From Ophelia neglecta (lineage: Eukaryota): 64,000 nucleotides of DNA. Positions 62,871 through 64,000 of this stretch are shown here, in pieces. Position 1 is the stretch's first letter. Each line of letters begins with the position of its first letter. The stretch spans positions 3,162,001-3,226,000 of the forward strand of contig OZ260666.1 in the NCBI GenBank assembly GCA_965285935.1. The letters run 5' to 3'. The notes under the pieces are model-generated. The model was not told the DNA's origin. It did not search any database and saw only the letters and a program-made list of their open reading frames with translations. The translations under genes were made by a program, and so were the position numbers.

Positions 62871-63143
62871 AGAATGATGTTAAGGTGTGAACAACTAGGT
62901 TTGTTCCTGTGGTGGTACTGCGTATGTGTTGTAAAAAATTGAATATCTAATTAAGATAATTTATACATTATAAGGCAGTCAAAATATTCTGTATCTACTA
63001 ATAGGATACATATCTCATTTAGGGATCTTTCCTCTTTGTTTTGCGTGATAGATATCTCTCCATAATTAGTTGTATGACTGTATATTTGTATCACATAGAG
63101 CCATCGGCACATTTGAGTTGAAATTTGAATTGATAAAGCCAAA

Positions 63144-64000
63144 CAAGGTCAAATGTTAAGGTCACAGTTATCTTGCAAATAATCTAAAGATTAGATTGAT
63201 TATTGGTTTAAACATATTTATTTACATAATTTGGATCTTACAGAAGCCAGGGGCTTAGAAGGTAATTTCCAAATAAATCATTAGCACAATATTTACAAAT
63301 ATGCATGAGATAAAAGATGATGAGATGAGATGAAATGTAATGGAAAGGTACAATACTCGTAGTTTAGAGTCATTGGACGAGATTTGTCTACAAAGTTGAT
63401 GAATTCAACATAAATAGATAGAGAGTTTTACAATTCAGTGAGTAGGAGAACAAGTATACTAAATATAAAAATATAGATTGATTATTGATATTTTGTCTGC
63501 GATGAATTAAAACAAGGAATGACGTGAAATGATTTGACTAGACTAAGCTTGGGTGGGCTGGGGTTAGATGCGCTGGAAGGTCCTATGTTGTTAATTTGTG
63601 TCTTGATTAACTTAGCCCTGCAATGCTGGATACCTTATCTATATTACGCATCACTAACATCCACTCAACCAAAATATGAATTTAAAAGCAAACTTTATGA
63701 ACTCTGTAGGATTATCTCCTAATGTTCCCGGCCACCGATCGATTCTCAACCCACTGAGGGACCTGTATGCTAGAGTGGATAGGAGCTTGAAGGATAAAGT
63801 TGGACCTTATCGAGAGTGAGATACTGAGATTAGGTCAATGACGGGGAAGAGAACCAAAGACAGCGGAAGGGGACAAGGAGTGAATGGGATCATGAATTTA
63901 GGGTCGGACTGGGGACTTCGGGGATTGGTACCCGAGCGGCAGCAGACATGAACTTAGCTAACGCAGGAAAAATAATTATGAACCTGAAAATATAGCACTG
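63144..64000 (+). repeat. Orphan copy of the receptor-gene 3' flank (homologous to 34949-35515)
   Basis: Long colinear match, e.g. GACTA.GCTTGGGTGGGCTGGGG..GGAAGGTCCTATGTTGTTAATTTGTGTCTTGATTAACTTAGCCCTGCAATGCTGGATACC. Confidence 0.9.
63206..63473 (-). mobile_element. Short retro-insertion with 14-bp TSD
   Basis: TAGATTGATTATTG at 63192-63205 and 63474-63487; the minus strand ends ...AAATAAATATGTTTAAAC; the site is empty at about 34998-35012. Confidence 0.7.

Overview
Eukaryotic, AT-rich, intron-containing animal DNA; the repeat and LINE content suggests an invertebrate, but the species cannot be determined. The ORF track hides the main content because the genes are spliced. Reading GT-AG boundaries by hand gives a cluster of immunoglobulin-superfamily type-I membrane receptors. 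(i) Four 6-coding-exon paralogs: A (3830-6453, -), B (16237-19654, +), C (24598-27849, +) and D (32262-34896, +). Each has a signal peptide, an atypical V-like Ig domain with Trp and Cys swapped between the B and C strands, a second Ig domain, a TM helix, a Cys/His-rich repeat cytoplasmic exon and a terminal exon. The terminal exon carries an ITIM in B and C, an ITIM-like motif in D and a broken one in A. (ii) A single-V relative E with a short tyrosine-free tail (9772-12036), lying in the spacer of a large inverted duplication. (iii) A different Ig-like receptor F (39983-48060) with four tandemly duplicated phase-0 cytoplasmic exons and a long 11-aa-repeat exon, followed by a frameshifted ankyrin-repeat segment. 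The cluster shows inverted and direct duplications, an apparent V-exon exchange, independent repeat expansions and a minisatellite made of a splice donor. Together these look like a rapidly diversifying paired-receptor (immune/allorecognition-like) locus. The right third holds an intact full-length L1/Tx1-type LINE with a 15-bp TSD, a decayed second LINE and other TE fragments. All gene models are manual and untested by transcript data.
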